64,000 bases of DNA from Lama glama (taxonomy: Eukaryota): assembly GCA_028534125.1 (NCBI GenBank), contig CM052832.1:12216001-12280000 (forward strand), in the 5' to 3' direction. Made by a program: the position numbers and the translations under genes. The stretch's first letter is position 1. Each line of letters begins with the position of its first letter. Under the pieces are notes generated by a model. It searched no databases, had not been told where the DNA came from, and saw only the letters and a program-made list of their open reading frames with translations. This document shows positions 13,109 through 25,945 of the stretch, one piece after another.

Positions 13109-13300
13109 AGTGGTTCCTACTGTGTTCTGGGGGGATGGCCTTGGGGACTGCCACAGTAGGAGGTCTGGCAGGTGAGGCTTCAGCCCCAAATCTGCCCTTA
13201 AGAGCAGCTCTACTTTTATCTGTTACGGATATTGAGGTCCTTCTAAGGCATTGTTTGTAAAAGGGGTTCTGTTGCTAAAGAATGCTTTTGAATATATTGG
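13109..13300 (-). mobile_element. MER112-like hAT DNA transposon remnant
   Basis: agagcagctctacttttatctgtt...tattgagg...aaaaggggttctgttgcta. Confidence 0.55.
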
Positions 13301-16300
13301 TTTATAATTTTTGCATTTAGTAAACACCTTTTTATGATGGATACTTTGTAAGAAGTACCAAAGAATTTATCATGTATTACTTTGTAATTAAAAGCAAAAA
13401 CAATTCAAGAAAAAAGGAATCACATATCATCCAAATGAATCCATCTCCCTGTATTCCCTACCCTCACACCCCGTTTAACAGAGTATAAATCTGAGAGGAT
13501 GAGGCTGCAAGATAGAGGCAGAGTTGGACTCTGGCCCCGTCTGCTGCTGCTGCTGCCAGTTATACCATGTTGCCTTGGGATGTCCTTGTGTTCATCAGAG
13601 GCTAAAGGAGAGTTAGTGGAGCCCTTTGCGGTCCTAATAGGCTAAGGAGATAACTTGATCCAGAACATCACTGAAACTACACTGTTTTCTTCTTCCTTGC
13701 TCACATTCATTCTTTCTTTGACCTGCAAGGAGTCCCCAAGCTCCTGAATACCCCCCAAGCTATTACGGTACAAACTGTTCTTACAGCCAGAACAGTTCCA
13801 GTACCAGTTGCTTGGAAGTTACCGCAAGGATGTCTCCCAGCCTCTGATATTTAAATATTGATTGTCTGAAGAGTGTTAGTTATGAGAGTCCTTGTGTGTG
13901 ACTCAGACCCCTGCCTTAGCCAGGTTCCCTTCTGCCCCTCAGCGTGAATCTCAGTGTTGAGTCTTAACAAGTCAGTACCAGAGTGGAAGGATCCTGATGA
14001 GTCTGTGATCTCACCACCTTGGGCATGATTCCTTCCCTGGTTTGTGAGGTTTTTCATCCTTTCTGACTGTACCTTTCTGAGTAGGAGTCAGAGCAATGAC
14101 AGAGTGGGCTGGGCTTGTGTGTGTTTGTGTGTGCGCGCGCATACGCTCACGCTGGGTGCCTTCATGTTACCAGAACTGTGTTCTTGGATTGCTGTGTAGG
14201 TCCTATCAGCCAAACAAGAAGAGAGTAAGAAGGGGTCCAACAGATTGAGCTGTGGGGCCCAGGGGAGATAAATGTTTGTTCTTCTTGATGAGGAAGTCTA
14301 AGCCAGATGAACAAAAGAAACAGTGTAACTCACAGAGCGCAGTATTCTAATGAAGCTGCATGCTGTGCTTGAGTCAAAGTGGCAAGGTCTAGCTGCAGCC
14401 GGGCCTTAGACAGATATGAGTGATTTATTCATCTCTGTCTCCTTCACTCAGATTTTCTCCTTTCAGCCATCCAATATCCATCACCAGAAAGCCTGGTTTC
14501 TGTACAGGAGTTTACCCTGGTAGCTTGCCTGGAATACATTTTGCAGGATTAGTGTACATGGCATGGAGACTGGCCCCTGTGCCCAGCACACTCTGGTGAA
14601 TATTCATGTCGGCACCTGGAAGGGTTATTTCTAAAAAGGCGACTCGTGTGGAATACATTCCAAAGAGGGCTTGTTTTTCTCTTGTCTGACGATCCTTCAA
14701 CAAACAAACGTGGAAGGGAGGGGGAAGCTTCTCTGCAGTTCTGGTGAGTATGTATGAGACAGAAACTGCACCCTCACATCTTCTGCAGCAGCGGGAGACC
14801 CCTCCCCACTCAAAGTCTTTGCGGGCCTCCCACTCTGGGGCAACAGCATAGGTGATTCCAGAAAAAAGTTGGCAACTGCCCATTTAGCCTTTGGTCCTGT
14901 AACCCACACCAGTTTGATTTAATTATGGCTGTTTAGCAGTTAGAAAAGTTAGAGTTATTAATGTTCAGTTGCAAACGTTTGAATTAAAACTTCTGATCCC
15001 AGCTTTGAAGACCTGGATCAAGAAAACTGTACTGAGTGGCCAGTGATCAAAAGAATTCCATTGAAAAACATAATTAGCCATTTTTCCCTCTAGCTGTACA
15101 AAGAATTTTACATAAAATCTCAGTTTTTTCTTGCTTTTTGCTGCTCTTCAAAAGATTTATCACACGGTTACATATTAAATTGATTAATTATCTTTTGTTT
15201 ACAAGTACGTATCATAGTTAGAATGCACACTTTTGCATATTGGTGGAGAAGGTGTTATTATTAGTCTCATTAAGGTTGTCTTTATTTTAATGGTAAATCA
15301 TGTGCCACATGGAGGATTATGATTTGTCAGATACCTCAGACTTCAAATAGAATAATCTACTTACTCTAAATTTTAAATTTTATAGTGCTTCCAGCTTGAT
15401 ATAGTTTTATTGTCCTGTTTTAGAGGGTAGTTGTTTCCATGTGAAAGCCTTCACAGAAAAATTCCATGAAGGAAGTTCATTAGAGAAGGGACTTAAATGG
15501 AGGAAATTCAGACCAGGTGAATATGAGAGAGAACACAGGCGAGCATCTCACTGTGTGGGACCTAACGGAGTAAGTATGAGACTTGGGAAGACGGCACCTT
15601 GGCAGAGAGAAGGCGGATGAGCCAGGGCCAGCACAGGTGGCATTGCTGAGGGAGCACAAGGGTCTGGATTTGAAGGGCAAGGGTTTTAAAATCATTTTTA
15701 GCAAGAGCTCGGGACTTTGTAGATTGTGCCCTGTGAGGAAAAGATTCAGAGCTGGAGCCAAGGTTGAAGCCCAGATCTGATCTGGGTGAAAAGGTCAGGC
15801 TGATAAGAGAGAGCTGTAGGAAGATAGCACTGGCAGTGTTCAGAAAGACCAGAGAAGGGATTCAGTGAGAGCAAAATAAAGAGATTACATGACAGAATAG
15901 AAAGAGTTTGCCTGGTAGTTCATCCCTGCTGGAACGTTCTCTCTCCTTCCCACCTTGTTTTGCCCTTCCGTTCTCTCCCTTTATCATCAGGTTGAGAGAA
16001 TCCAGAGATCTGCCTGTAGCTAAATTGTGAGTTCTCCCACAGGCACGGATTCCTATGAAAACTTGACCCAGTGGACTGAAAAGGAGCTGCGGAGCTTATT
16101 AAATTTCTCTTTGGCTCTGCTTCTTGTGCTTCACGGGCTGTGTGTGTGTGGGCACATACTAGCATGTGGTCAGAGAAGAGGCAGGAGAGGAGCTCAAGAG
16201 ATGAAATAATAGAGTTGATCATTTCATAAATTATTTGTTAAGTGAGACTCTCCAAAATGGCATGGTGGGATGGAGGACTGGTTGGGGGTGTTTTCAGATT

Positions 16301-19300
16301 GAAATGCAAACTCAGTCTGTGGAGCATTAAAAGACGCTATGCTGGTAACTCATCGTGTGAGAAGAGTGATGTATCTGTAGTTCTCTCTCCTTTCCATCGT
16401 CCTCTCCCATCCTGTCTGCTTGTCTCCTTCTTTTCAACTCAGTAGAGCTGACGATCTGTAAGGCATTGTGCTGGGGACTACAGGGAATACCAAGACCACG
16501 AGCCATGTGTGGTCCTGCACTCTAGAAGCGTGGCCAGGGAGGTTCCTGCTGCTTGGACTTGGTCCTGAAAGCAGAAGGGGTTGTGGGGTGGGGATTAGAC
16601 CCAAGGTGTTACGTAGAGAACCTGGAACCAGGTAACTTTACGCTCCCTACCTAACTGGGGCCACTTTATTCCTCAGGAGTCAGAAATGTAAACTCCAAGA
16701 AGGAAAATCCCTAACACTCAGCTGGTAGATTAGTGAGCTCTGCACTCTCTAACATGCCCATCCTTCTTCTCACCCTCCTGAGAATTTCATGGACAGGGAA
16801 AAGGAAAGCTCTCACAAATGCATACAGCCTTCGGCTGTTAACAGAAGAAACTTGATTTTGGCCTTTTAAAATCACAGCAGCACCTGACATCCTTCCAGGC
16901 AAAGGAAGCTGAAATAGAGCTGGACTTGCTATGTAGGGTCTGGGCAGGACCTCTCCGCTTCTGCCTCTTAAACGTCTTTTTTCTATCCTGCTGGTGAGTG
17001 AAATCGGGCCAATCTCATTGATCATGTACACACGTCATGATGAGGAAGCTGCTGAGATCAAGGAAGATGTTCTTGCTGTGGAGAGGGGAATTGATGATGC
17101 CAAATTTAAACACAGGGAAAGATCTATAAAGGCCACATACCTGCTTAGTGTGTCACTGCCAAAAAGGTCTGTAATTTAGAGACTTCACCTTTTAACATAT
17201 AACAAGACCATTTGAAATGGCTCCCAATATTTTTGATGCCAACATCTTGGTTAAGGAAAGGACTGTATTGAAGAGAGTCACCTTGAAATATAGAAGAAAA
17301 TTGCTTTTCTTCTCCAGGGCTGTTTGGCCTGGACAAAATTTTCTCATATATCTACATTGAAAGCATAAAATGAAAGAATTGTCATCAAATTGGACTGAGT
17401 AGGATGAAATCTAGAGTGTAAGCCTTGGCCAAAACTTATTTATTACTAAAGGTTTGCCAAGTGATTGAATAATCTGTAAAGGATTGCTTGGGCAGTGTAA
17501 GAAAATTAACCAAGTAACTAGAAAAATAGATTTACATTAAAAGTAGGAAACATACTGATTATAAATTGGGTTTTTTTTCCCCCAAATGTGATAATGTATG
17601 CAAAAACATTTTGAAACCGGTGAGGTCTGTGTGAATGTGAGGTAGGATTATGATCAGTTGTTCACTGTTCTTTCCACACTCAGTACTTACTAAATATTGG
17701 CAGCTGCAGCCGTGCTATTTGGTAATTTGCTGTCACTTTCTATGACATAACCTAAAACTTGAGATAAAAAGCTTAATCTCTCCAGGGAATGAAATTATTG
17801 TCTCAATTAGCTGTTAAAAGTTGCTAGTTTTGTGTTGTCTCAAAGTTTCAGAAAATTTTGTCCCACCCAGCTTTACATATTCTCCATTGGCATTTCTCCA
17901 CTTTCAGATAACTTTCCTGGATTATACTGTATAAAATATAAAATTTGATGAGAGAAAAGGCCCCACCTTTCTTCCCCCTTTCTCAGTGAGCTGGCTTACA
18001 CGTGTGGCCCGAGTATTCACATCTCCTCACTTTCCTTCATCCCGAGGCTTCAGTGACTTAAACACAGAAGCTACATATGCCAGACAACTGAGATGAGAGC
18101 TCGTGCTCGCGTTTTCCCTCGCCAGCTACAGAAGAGAGTTATTAGCCAGTGTCATGATTTCTTCCTCGCTTAGAGAAGTCACCCTCTAAGGGATAAGAGA
18201 CACAAACACCAGCAGACAGTACGTAGGCTCTATGATGTCCTCTGACAAAAGTATTTCCCACGTTCCCTCTCCATCTGGCCAGCAGTCTGTATTTTCCTCT
18301 TCCTGCTGTTAGAAGAAAGCTGGTGACTCCTTTGCCCTGAGAGGTCATGGCCCATGTACAGGCAGAGCCCTGTGGTGGCTGCTCCCCGGGACTTCTTGTC
18401 TCTGGAATCTGCGGGGCAGCCGCCTGGTACATGTCACATGCTTTTGTTAAAACACTGTCTCTGGGTTCCCATCTCCTGCTGAATATCTCATTGTGGGCTC
18501 GTGGCCCTCTAGCAGCTCTTCTCGGCTTGACCCTGCTCCCCACCTGAGGAGGAAGCAACTTAATCAAACCCCATGACAGCCGACAATAGGACCCCGCTCA
18601 TCTTTGGGAAAATCCCAGTTTTTCACCAGTAAAGTTGTTCCTCTGGAGCTGTACTAATTCCTTCCGGCAGCTGTTACAGGCCTCCTTCTGTCTCTCAATA
18701 GCAGAGATTAGAATAGAGCCGCTAACGTGATGTTTATCTTTCTGCTCTTGAGAAGAGTGATAACCGGACTCCTTAGAATGAAGTGAAAGCACTGGAGTTT
18801 TCCCTTGTGACCAGAACTTCAGCCCTTTCTCCCTCACCTTCATGTCCGTCACATCTGTTCTTCTGCTTCATGACCTCCGGTCCCTCTCTATTCTGAAAGG
18901 TAGTCAGCACCTCTGACCCCACTTGACTCCTCAGCAGCCTGAAGTGGTAAATACTCCTACTGCCCCTCGTTTCCCTGACCCTGTGCTGTATCCTCCTTGT
19001 CACTGTCAGCCCTGCTTCCTCACCTCCTGTTCTGTTGTTGCCACTGCTGAAGAGAGGTACAAACCATGCCAGTTGTTCCATCGTTGCAGAGTCCCTCCCT
19101 GTAGCAGGCTGGCCCCATGGAACCTGTTCCAAAGCCTGTTCTGCCTTCCCACCCCATACTGCAGTCCTTCAACAAAGGATCCTCTTTCATATTTGAACAA
19201 AGAGATTGCTATCTAGAGTGAGCCTCATCTCCATCCCTGTTCTTCACCTCTTTCTTTTTCTGGTCCTTTAGCCATCATGTCATCACTGTCATCCTCAGCA

Positions 19301-19369
19301 TCCTCATCATGATAACGTCTACTCTTTATTGAGACCTTTTCTGTCTCATGTACTGTGCTGGGAGCTTCT

Positions 19370-19880
19370 CTTAGGCTCTTTAGTTCTCAAGCTGCAGAAA
19401 CCAGGTAAAGATGGCTTAAGCCATAAACGGTAAGTTCCTTAAAATGATTGGGAGATTGCTCATAGAACATGAGGGCAGGAACTCTGGTGGCCCCCAAATC
19501 AGATGTTGGAATCCTGCCAGGAGCCCAGACAACCCTCCCACACACCATCTGTCTTCTTTGCTTCTCACTGCAGATGACTGTCTTTACTTCCTTGAGCCTC
19601 TGATGAAAGAAGGTCACTCCAGAATGTCTGCATTTTATCATCCCATTTTAAGTGAACAGAGCCAATTAAGCTAGTCTTACATAACTCTAAGTTTTTGATA
19701 CAAAATCTAATTGGCCCAGTAGGGGTCAGCCTGTCTTCTTATGTGCAACCAGGTCTACAAACAGAGCATAAGAACCCCCTGCATACATCTCAAAGTTGGG
19801 CCAGAAACAATTCTCAAAGAGAAGAGTTACTATGTAATGGGCAGATATGCCAGAAAACAAAAACAGAATCCTCTGCTGCA
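19370..19880. mobile_element. Old MLT1-like MaLR LTR remnant
   Basis: ttaggctctttagtt...cagaaacca...ggcttaagc start plus a later aatctaattggccc segment. Confidence 0.45.
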
Positions 19881-19899
19881 TAGACTGTTGCAGAGACTT

Positions 19900-20010
19900 A
19901 TGAAATGTTAGAACTGGAAGAGCCCTTAGAAACCATCAAATTTAGTCTTTTAATTTCCCAAAGGGTGAAACTGAGGAAGTAAGCAAAGTGACTTGCCTAA
20001 TGTCACTTAG
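19900..20010 (-). mobile_element. MIR SINE fragment
   Basis: agaactggaagagcccttagaaaccatc...gaaactgagg...aagtgacttgcctaatgtcac. Confidence 0.75.
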
Positions 20011-21679
20011 TCAGTACTCAGTAAATATTTGTTGAATTGTTGAACAGAAGACAGTTATTTCAAAAGAACTTAATTTCTGAAGATTTTCAACAAAGAATAG
20101 TCTGTACAAATTTTTGAGGTCAAAAATGTCTCTGATTTTGACTGAGAGATTGGAGATGGATTTGATGATAAAGTATTATTGTATAACTAACATTTCGGCA
20201 GTTGATCTTCTGTTAGTTGTCTGTTTTTCACCAAAATGGGAAAACAGCAAGACCAGCAGCTGTGACCCCTGGTCTTCCAGTAGAGTCTCCCATGAACAAT
20301 GGGCAGTTAGAAACAGGCAAAGCAGACACTTACTGCTGGTCTAAAAGACAACCAATTCAGTGGAGAAGCTGTTGATCTCAACTATTAAACGTCAGCCATT
20401 GTTCACAATCTGGTACAGAATTAATCCTTTAAGAAAGGGATGGAAAAAAATGCCATTCAGCACAACATAGTTTGTTGTCACATGCATAATGCAGACTTTC
20501 CAATTAGAATGCTATAATTTGGAAACTTTCTTCACAGACTGATGAGAGAGCAATTATTTTAAAGAAGGGAAAACTCAGTCCACTGGGTTTGCCTCAAGTC
20601 ACTTCTGACTCAAGCCACAAAGACAAGAGTTTTGAAAACATATTCGTTATTGAATTTTGTATCAAAACACCAGCAAGGAGAGCAATTAGTTGCTGTAAAC
20701 TGAACCCTAGTAATCAATGGTATGCAGCCAGCCAGAGCATTTATGGAAGATGTAAGCAAAATCACATCTGCTGATCAATTTAAAAAAGCCCAGCACTTCA
20801 CTGCTTTTTAGGGGAACTCCACAATGAGAATAAGGAAGATGGAGGAGACAATATTTAACATCACCAGGCATTTCACACCATGCTTGTTAGGTAGAGGGGT
20901 TTGTGGCCACTGCTAACACAGACCCGATCTGCATCCATAGATCTTGGCTAGCAGCTTCCTTTATTCAGCCTCTTTTGAAAACGGCTTCTGATATGCGGAG
21001 GGAGGTGTATAGATGTCAGAGGTATGTTTACGGAGCTACTCTCAATTAAAGGCAGAGGGAGTATGTCTGTCCTGGGCCAGTTCACTGGGCATACCTTTTC
21101 TGGCAGATTATAAGTCGGAAATATCTCTGTGTTGTTGCCAGTGCAGAGATACAGGAACAGACTTTGCTGGCAGGGAAGGAAGTGAAGGGACTTGGTGGGC
21201 TTTACAGTTGTGCCTTATTAGAAAAAATTTCTCTCCATGGGAAAAAAAGAGACTGAGTCAATTTTTCCTTTAGTGTCCTTGAGCTGTGCTTGTTTTTTTT
21301 TTTCAGTCGAATCAGCAGAGGGATTTTCATTCCTGGCTAAGCCTACATTCCAAGCAAATATACATCCTGGCACATGAACTAGAATCCCTCTTAAAAACTC
21401 CAAAGTGTAGGTGAGTCTGAGCCCTAGCTTGACAGTTTGAGATCCATCGGTGTCCGTTTTCCACTCAGGAGTCACGATGACCCCACATTTCGAGTCCCCA
21501 GGGACTCTTTAATAGAGGAATAGAAAGGAGATGTCTCAACCAGAATGTGCATTTGGCTGCTCTTCAGAAAAAAGAATTTAGGCTGGGAGAAATTATTGAG
21601 GTAAAGATCGATAGACTAGGCTAATAAAAATTAATATCTTTAGCATGCTAAAGATATTAGCATTGGGTTAATATCCTTT

Positions 21680-22400
21680 AAATATAGAGGGCATCTTGTA
21701 AGTCATTAACAAGAATAAATATAAGAAGAAAATGGGCAAAATGCTCAAGTCCAATGAAAAGTAAAAAGCTGCATATTAATGACATATATTTCATCTATCA
21801 AATTGGCAGTATTTTAAAAGATAATACACAGTATTGGTGATGATGCACAGAAACAGGCATTTTTATACATCACCTGTAGTGTGAATATAAATTGATACAC
21901 TTTTTTAAGGGGAGAGGTGACAGGTGTGCAGCTGTTTTGTAATACATTTCAAGGCCTCACAAGTCCTGCTCCAGGAGTTTCACGTACAGAAACTTTCAAA
22001 GGCAATAACCATAGATTTAGCTTAAGAATGTTCATCACAGAATTTTCATAACAGTGCAATATTATCAGCTACCTAAGTGTCCAGTAATAAGAGCCTAATA
22101 AATTAGCCTCTTATTAATATATATATTTCTGATAATAATGACATATTATCATAGCTATAATTTATTATTAAATAAATTATCCTCTTATTACTGGACATTT
22201 AGATAGCTGATAATATATATTATATATATGAAATATAATAGTTCACGAAACTCTGTGAAACCAGTGCTTATTATGAGGAAGAATATTTGATGATACCAAA
22301 AAAAAGATATTTATAATAGGTCATTAAGCAAAAAAGCAAGTTACAAACAATTTGCACCATGTGTATGTATTTACAAAATTACTGGAATTATAGGTGATCT
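21680..22400 (+). mobile_element. Old L1 (L1ME-like) ORF2 end / 3' region
   Basis: catctatcaaattggca...gtattggtgatgatgcacagaaacaggcatt...aatgttcatcacag...cctaagtgtcca resembles a degraded L1 ORF2 3' end. Confidence 0.65.
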
Positions 22401-23679
22401 TCATTTTATTTATTTTTATTTTTTATCTTCATTTTAAATTAATACTTTGCCCTGAAAGAAATTGGAAAACTTTATAGAGTAAGTTACTATGAGACACAAT
22501 ATGCACAACTTTAAAAATTCTTTTAATCTGCTGTTACTTCAAGTATCTCTACTAGAGCATTCATGAAACTTACTCATAATTGGTCTTCCTTTTATCTTCT
22601 CCATATCTCATATCCTTGAGGCAGTCTTTTTCCGTGAAATATTTCAAGATCTGATTAGATTCTATCACAAAAGGGACTGATTATTTTCATTTGGGTACAC
22701 TGGTAGAAACACTAACTCATGATTATCCAGAAGGAGATGGATTATGATAAACCTGGCTCTCCATAAATAATCCAAAATTCCACTGGGCAGACAGCCTCAA
22801 CAGCATCTCCCCAAAAGCCTGTTATCACAGCCATTAAATAAAAGGAATAGTTAATTATTTTGAAGTTTTTTCCTGGTTTTGATCTACGCTTGCAGAGTTA
22901 TGAATGATTTCAACCTGGAACATGTATGGAACATACACCATAAACAGAGTGTATGTTTGGAGTAGAATTTTTTAAAAAGAGACAAATCAGCAATCTTTCT
23001 AAAAGTCTTATAATCATTCTGAGAGGCAGACAAACATAGAAGCAAAACCTACATTTTTTAAAGTTACTCAACATAAATACAAATTAGCACAGGCTAACTG
23101 CAAAAAAGTGCTGTGAGAGACTAGAGTAATATTCGAGGAAATGACTAATGAGGGATATGATTCACTTTCTCATCAGGCACACTAGCATAATCTAAAAGGA
23201 GAATTATTGGACACTAAAAACAATAGAGTGGATTTCTGTCTGATTGATTCAGAGTACTTTGAGAGATTAAATACTCAGATGAGTTCAAGGGAGTCAGTAG
23301 TATACAGGTATTATACATCTGTTTATGCTTTCCTAAAGCCTTTTAACACTTTTCTCTACTTAAAAGAGGAATTCCATCATATTAGGTAGTGTGGATTTCA
23401 TCATTGATAGCAAACAAAACTGCAATTGAAAACAAGGAACAAAGGATAAGGGAAAGGGGAACACAGGAGCATTTCTCATCCTTAGTGATAGCTTTATAGG
23501 TGACACTAAACTGAATTTGTGGAAAGGATTTTCATTGATTATAATTGCAGGATTAAGGAGAAATGATATGAAGTACTTTTTTAGAGGAATAGGTTGTAAA
23601 CTATGACCCAGATACATAAACTGGGAGTAAAGGAAACATTTGACAGCAGATTACAGAAAGGGGCTTTGGTAAGGACACC

Positions 23680-23890
23680 TGGTTGGAACCCAGTATCCGC
23701 TGTCACTAACTAAATTTAGACAAATTATTTAACAGCTTTAAGCCTTACTTTCACCATGTATGTATAATTTGATGAGAATAATAATGCTTGCTAAGAGGAT
23801 TTTTAGAAGGATTTAATAAGATAAATTATATACAGCATTTAATATAGGGCCTGGTACACAGGGAGCATTAAAGAAATATTGGCCATTATG
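23680..23890 (+). mobile_element. MIR SINE
   Basis: ggttggaacccag...cactaact...gacaaattatttaac...aataataatgct...aggatttaataagataa...gcctggtacacag. Confidence 0.7.
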
Positions 23891-23929
23891 ATAATAATAA
23901 TCATCATCATTATTGTAGTTACATATAAT

Positions 23930-24040
23930 CTATTTGCTCAGCAGACATTCATTGAGTGTAGGCTCAACGTGTGAGACACTATGCCAAGTGTGGAAAAATG
24001 ATAGGCACTGTCTTCAGGGAGCTCACCGTCTGTTCTGGCT
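23930..24040 (-). mobile_element. L2 3' fragment
   Basis: cagcagacattcattgagtg...tgtgagacactatgcca...ctgtcttcaggggagctcac-like tail. Confidence 0.55.
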
Positions 24041-24228
24041 GCTGGAGGAAACAGATGCCCACGACCAACTATAGAACAATAAGATAGAAATCTTGTATAG
24101 GAGGGACGTTTGAGGCTGAAATTATAGAAAACAGTGATCTCTCACCACTGTGGCACTATCAGAAGCAAAATGCTGGACTGTAGTCTGATCCTGTATTATA
24201 ATATTTAGATTCTTTTATAATTCTGTTC

Positions 24229-24470
24229 TTTTAATTGAGGAATAATACATATACACAGTGCACAGAACCTTTACGTATAGCTTGATGAATATTTCCACGT
24301 GTATATAGCCATGTTACCACTACTAGATGAAAATCATTCCATTTCTAGCATCCTAGAAGGTTCCCTCACTCTTTCCCAGTCATTACTTCTCCTAAGGAAA
24401 CTGCTATTCTGGTTCCTGTCACCATAGATAAATTTAGTCTCTGTTGATCTTCATTTAAGTAGAATCACAT
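24229..24470 (-). mobile_element. Old L1 3' end (L1MC/MD-like)
   Basis: ttttaattgaggaataatacatatac...gtgcacagaac...atagcttgatgaatatttc...tcaccatagat. Confidence 0.7.
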
Positions 24471-25092
24471 AGGCAATGCTTAGGTTCTTATCTGCGCTAA
24501 AAGGGGGCATAAGAAGGACCAAGAGAATCAATTTCTAGGTAATAAGAAATTTTTACTTATGAATATATATTTGCCTGTATCTGCCAATCAGATAATCTTA
24601 CCAAAGCCATGCAGACATTTTGGTAAGAACGAGAAGGAACCTGGAAACATGATTAAGGTCCCTGGGGCGTACTAGTTATTAAATTAGGAAGCATAGATTC
24701 CCCCATGAACAGTGGACTCAAGGATGTTACCTTTGGTCAGCCCAGCCAACTGGAGATGAGAGCTGGAGGAGTATGGAAGGAGGATTTGGGGACATCTTCT
24801 CCCTGAGAAGCCAATCTGAATACCTTTGCCACTTGGAGGACAGAGGCTGCCCGGGTTTGGGTGACTTGTGAAAATAAATACCTAAAGAGAGAAGCCTCTC
24901 ACTGCAAACTGACTCTACCTTCTCCCATCATACTTTTGTTGGGGATTCACTTTCTCTCTTTAGTCCTGGAAGTATGTGGGCAAAGGAGACAAGTAGGAGG
25001 GACAGACTAGACATGGATCCCCTCATGCCTTCAACCCAAGGAAACAGCCAGGAAGGACATTCACAGCATTTGTATGTTTTCTTTCTGTTTAG

Positions 25093-25200
25093 GTTATTAC
25101 TGTGGGACTGTGACGATCGGAGCTATAGCTACTACGTTGAGGTTTCCACCAACCAGCAGCAGTGGACCATGGTAGCCGACAGAACCAAAGTCTCCTGCAA
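25093..25200 (+). CDS. BTBD9: BTBD9 internal coding exon (108 nt)
   Basis: Acceptor gttttctttctgtttag| and donor |gtaagt at 25201. Translates (R)LLLWDCDDRSYSYYVEVSTNQQQWTMVADRTKVSC(K), in frame with the previous exon (phase 2 to phase 2). Confidence 0.96.
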
Positions 25201-25945
25201 GTAAGTTACCTTCCTTCAGGAATTTTTGCCACTTTAAAAGATGGTCTTTCCAATGGACCCAGAATGTTTCAGTGAAGATTCACAGAAATCACCAAATTAT
25301 ATTCTCATTTGAAGGTTAAAACATTCTGATGAGCCTTTACTTTAGTTTTGACTCTTAAGTACTTGAATGAGAATTTACTTTAGATGACAGAAGACGCTTT
25401 CCTTATTTTGTGGTTTGAACTTGACACTTAAAAATGGCACATATTTTCCCTTTTAAGTAGAGGGGGGAAAAAGACACTTTCCATTTGCAATCCTCTCTCG
25501 AGCCCTCCCCCCACATCCTACCCTACTCCTTCAGGACTTTTTTCTTCCTTAGAGATTTTTGCTGATGGAATACATGCTTTAGTAGTATTCTCGGACTATA
25601 GCTTCTTCCCCACCCTCATCTCTGTGTTAGTTACACTGTTACCTAAACTAAGGAAAGTTTATCTTAGGTCTCCATAGGAAACAGGCATTTCATGCATATG
25701 GCGTTGGGGCTCCGTTTGAGCTTATCTGGTTGTAGGAAGCCAAGAGGAAGGATTCTCTGCGTTCTGACCAGCTGAGAATCATGCTAAGAATGAATGTAAC
25801 CACTACTTGATTGAAATTAACACACTTACAGCCTCCTAGAAGTCTCCCTCATACCTTTTCCCAGTCATTATCTGAAAAGAGCTCAGTGACTTTTTGTGTA
25901 GAGCCAGATTCTCTGGGAGGTAAGATAAAGCAAATAGCTGAGAGG

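Larger units (their letters stand above)
446..25092 (+). other. BTBD9: BTBD9 intron (GT-AG, phase 2), 24,647 nt including a 100-N gap
   Basis: Bounded by gtaag at 446 and tttag at 25092, between two in-frame exons. Confidence 0.9.

Noticed and set aside
17030..17110. C/D-box-like motifs (ATGATGA...CTGA...TGATGA) suggesting an intronic snoRNA
   Set aside because: No terminal D box at a suitable distance, no terminal stem, and no recognisable rRNA/snRNA antisense guide.
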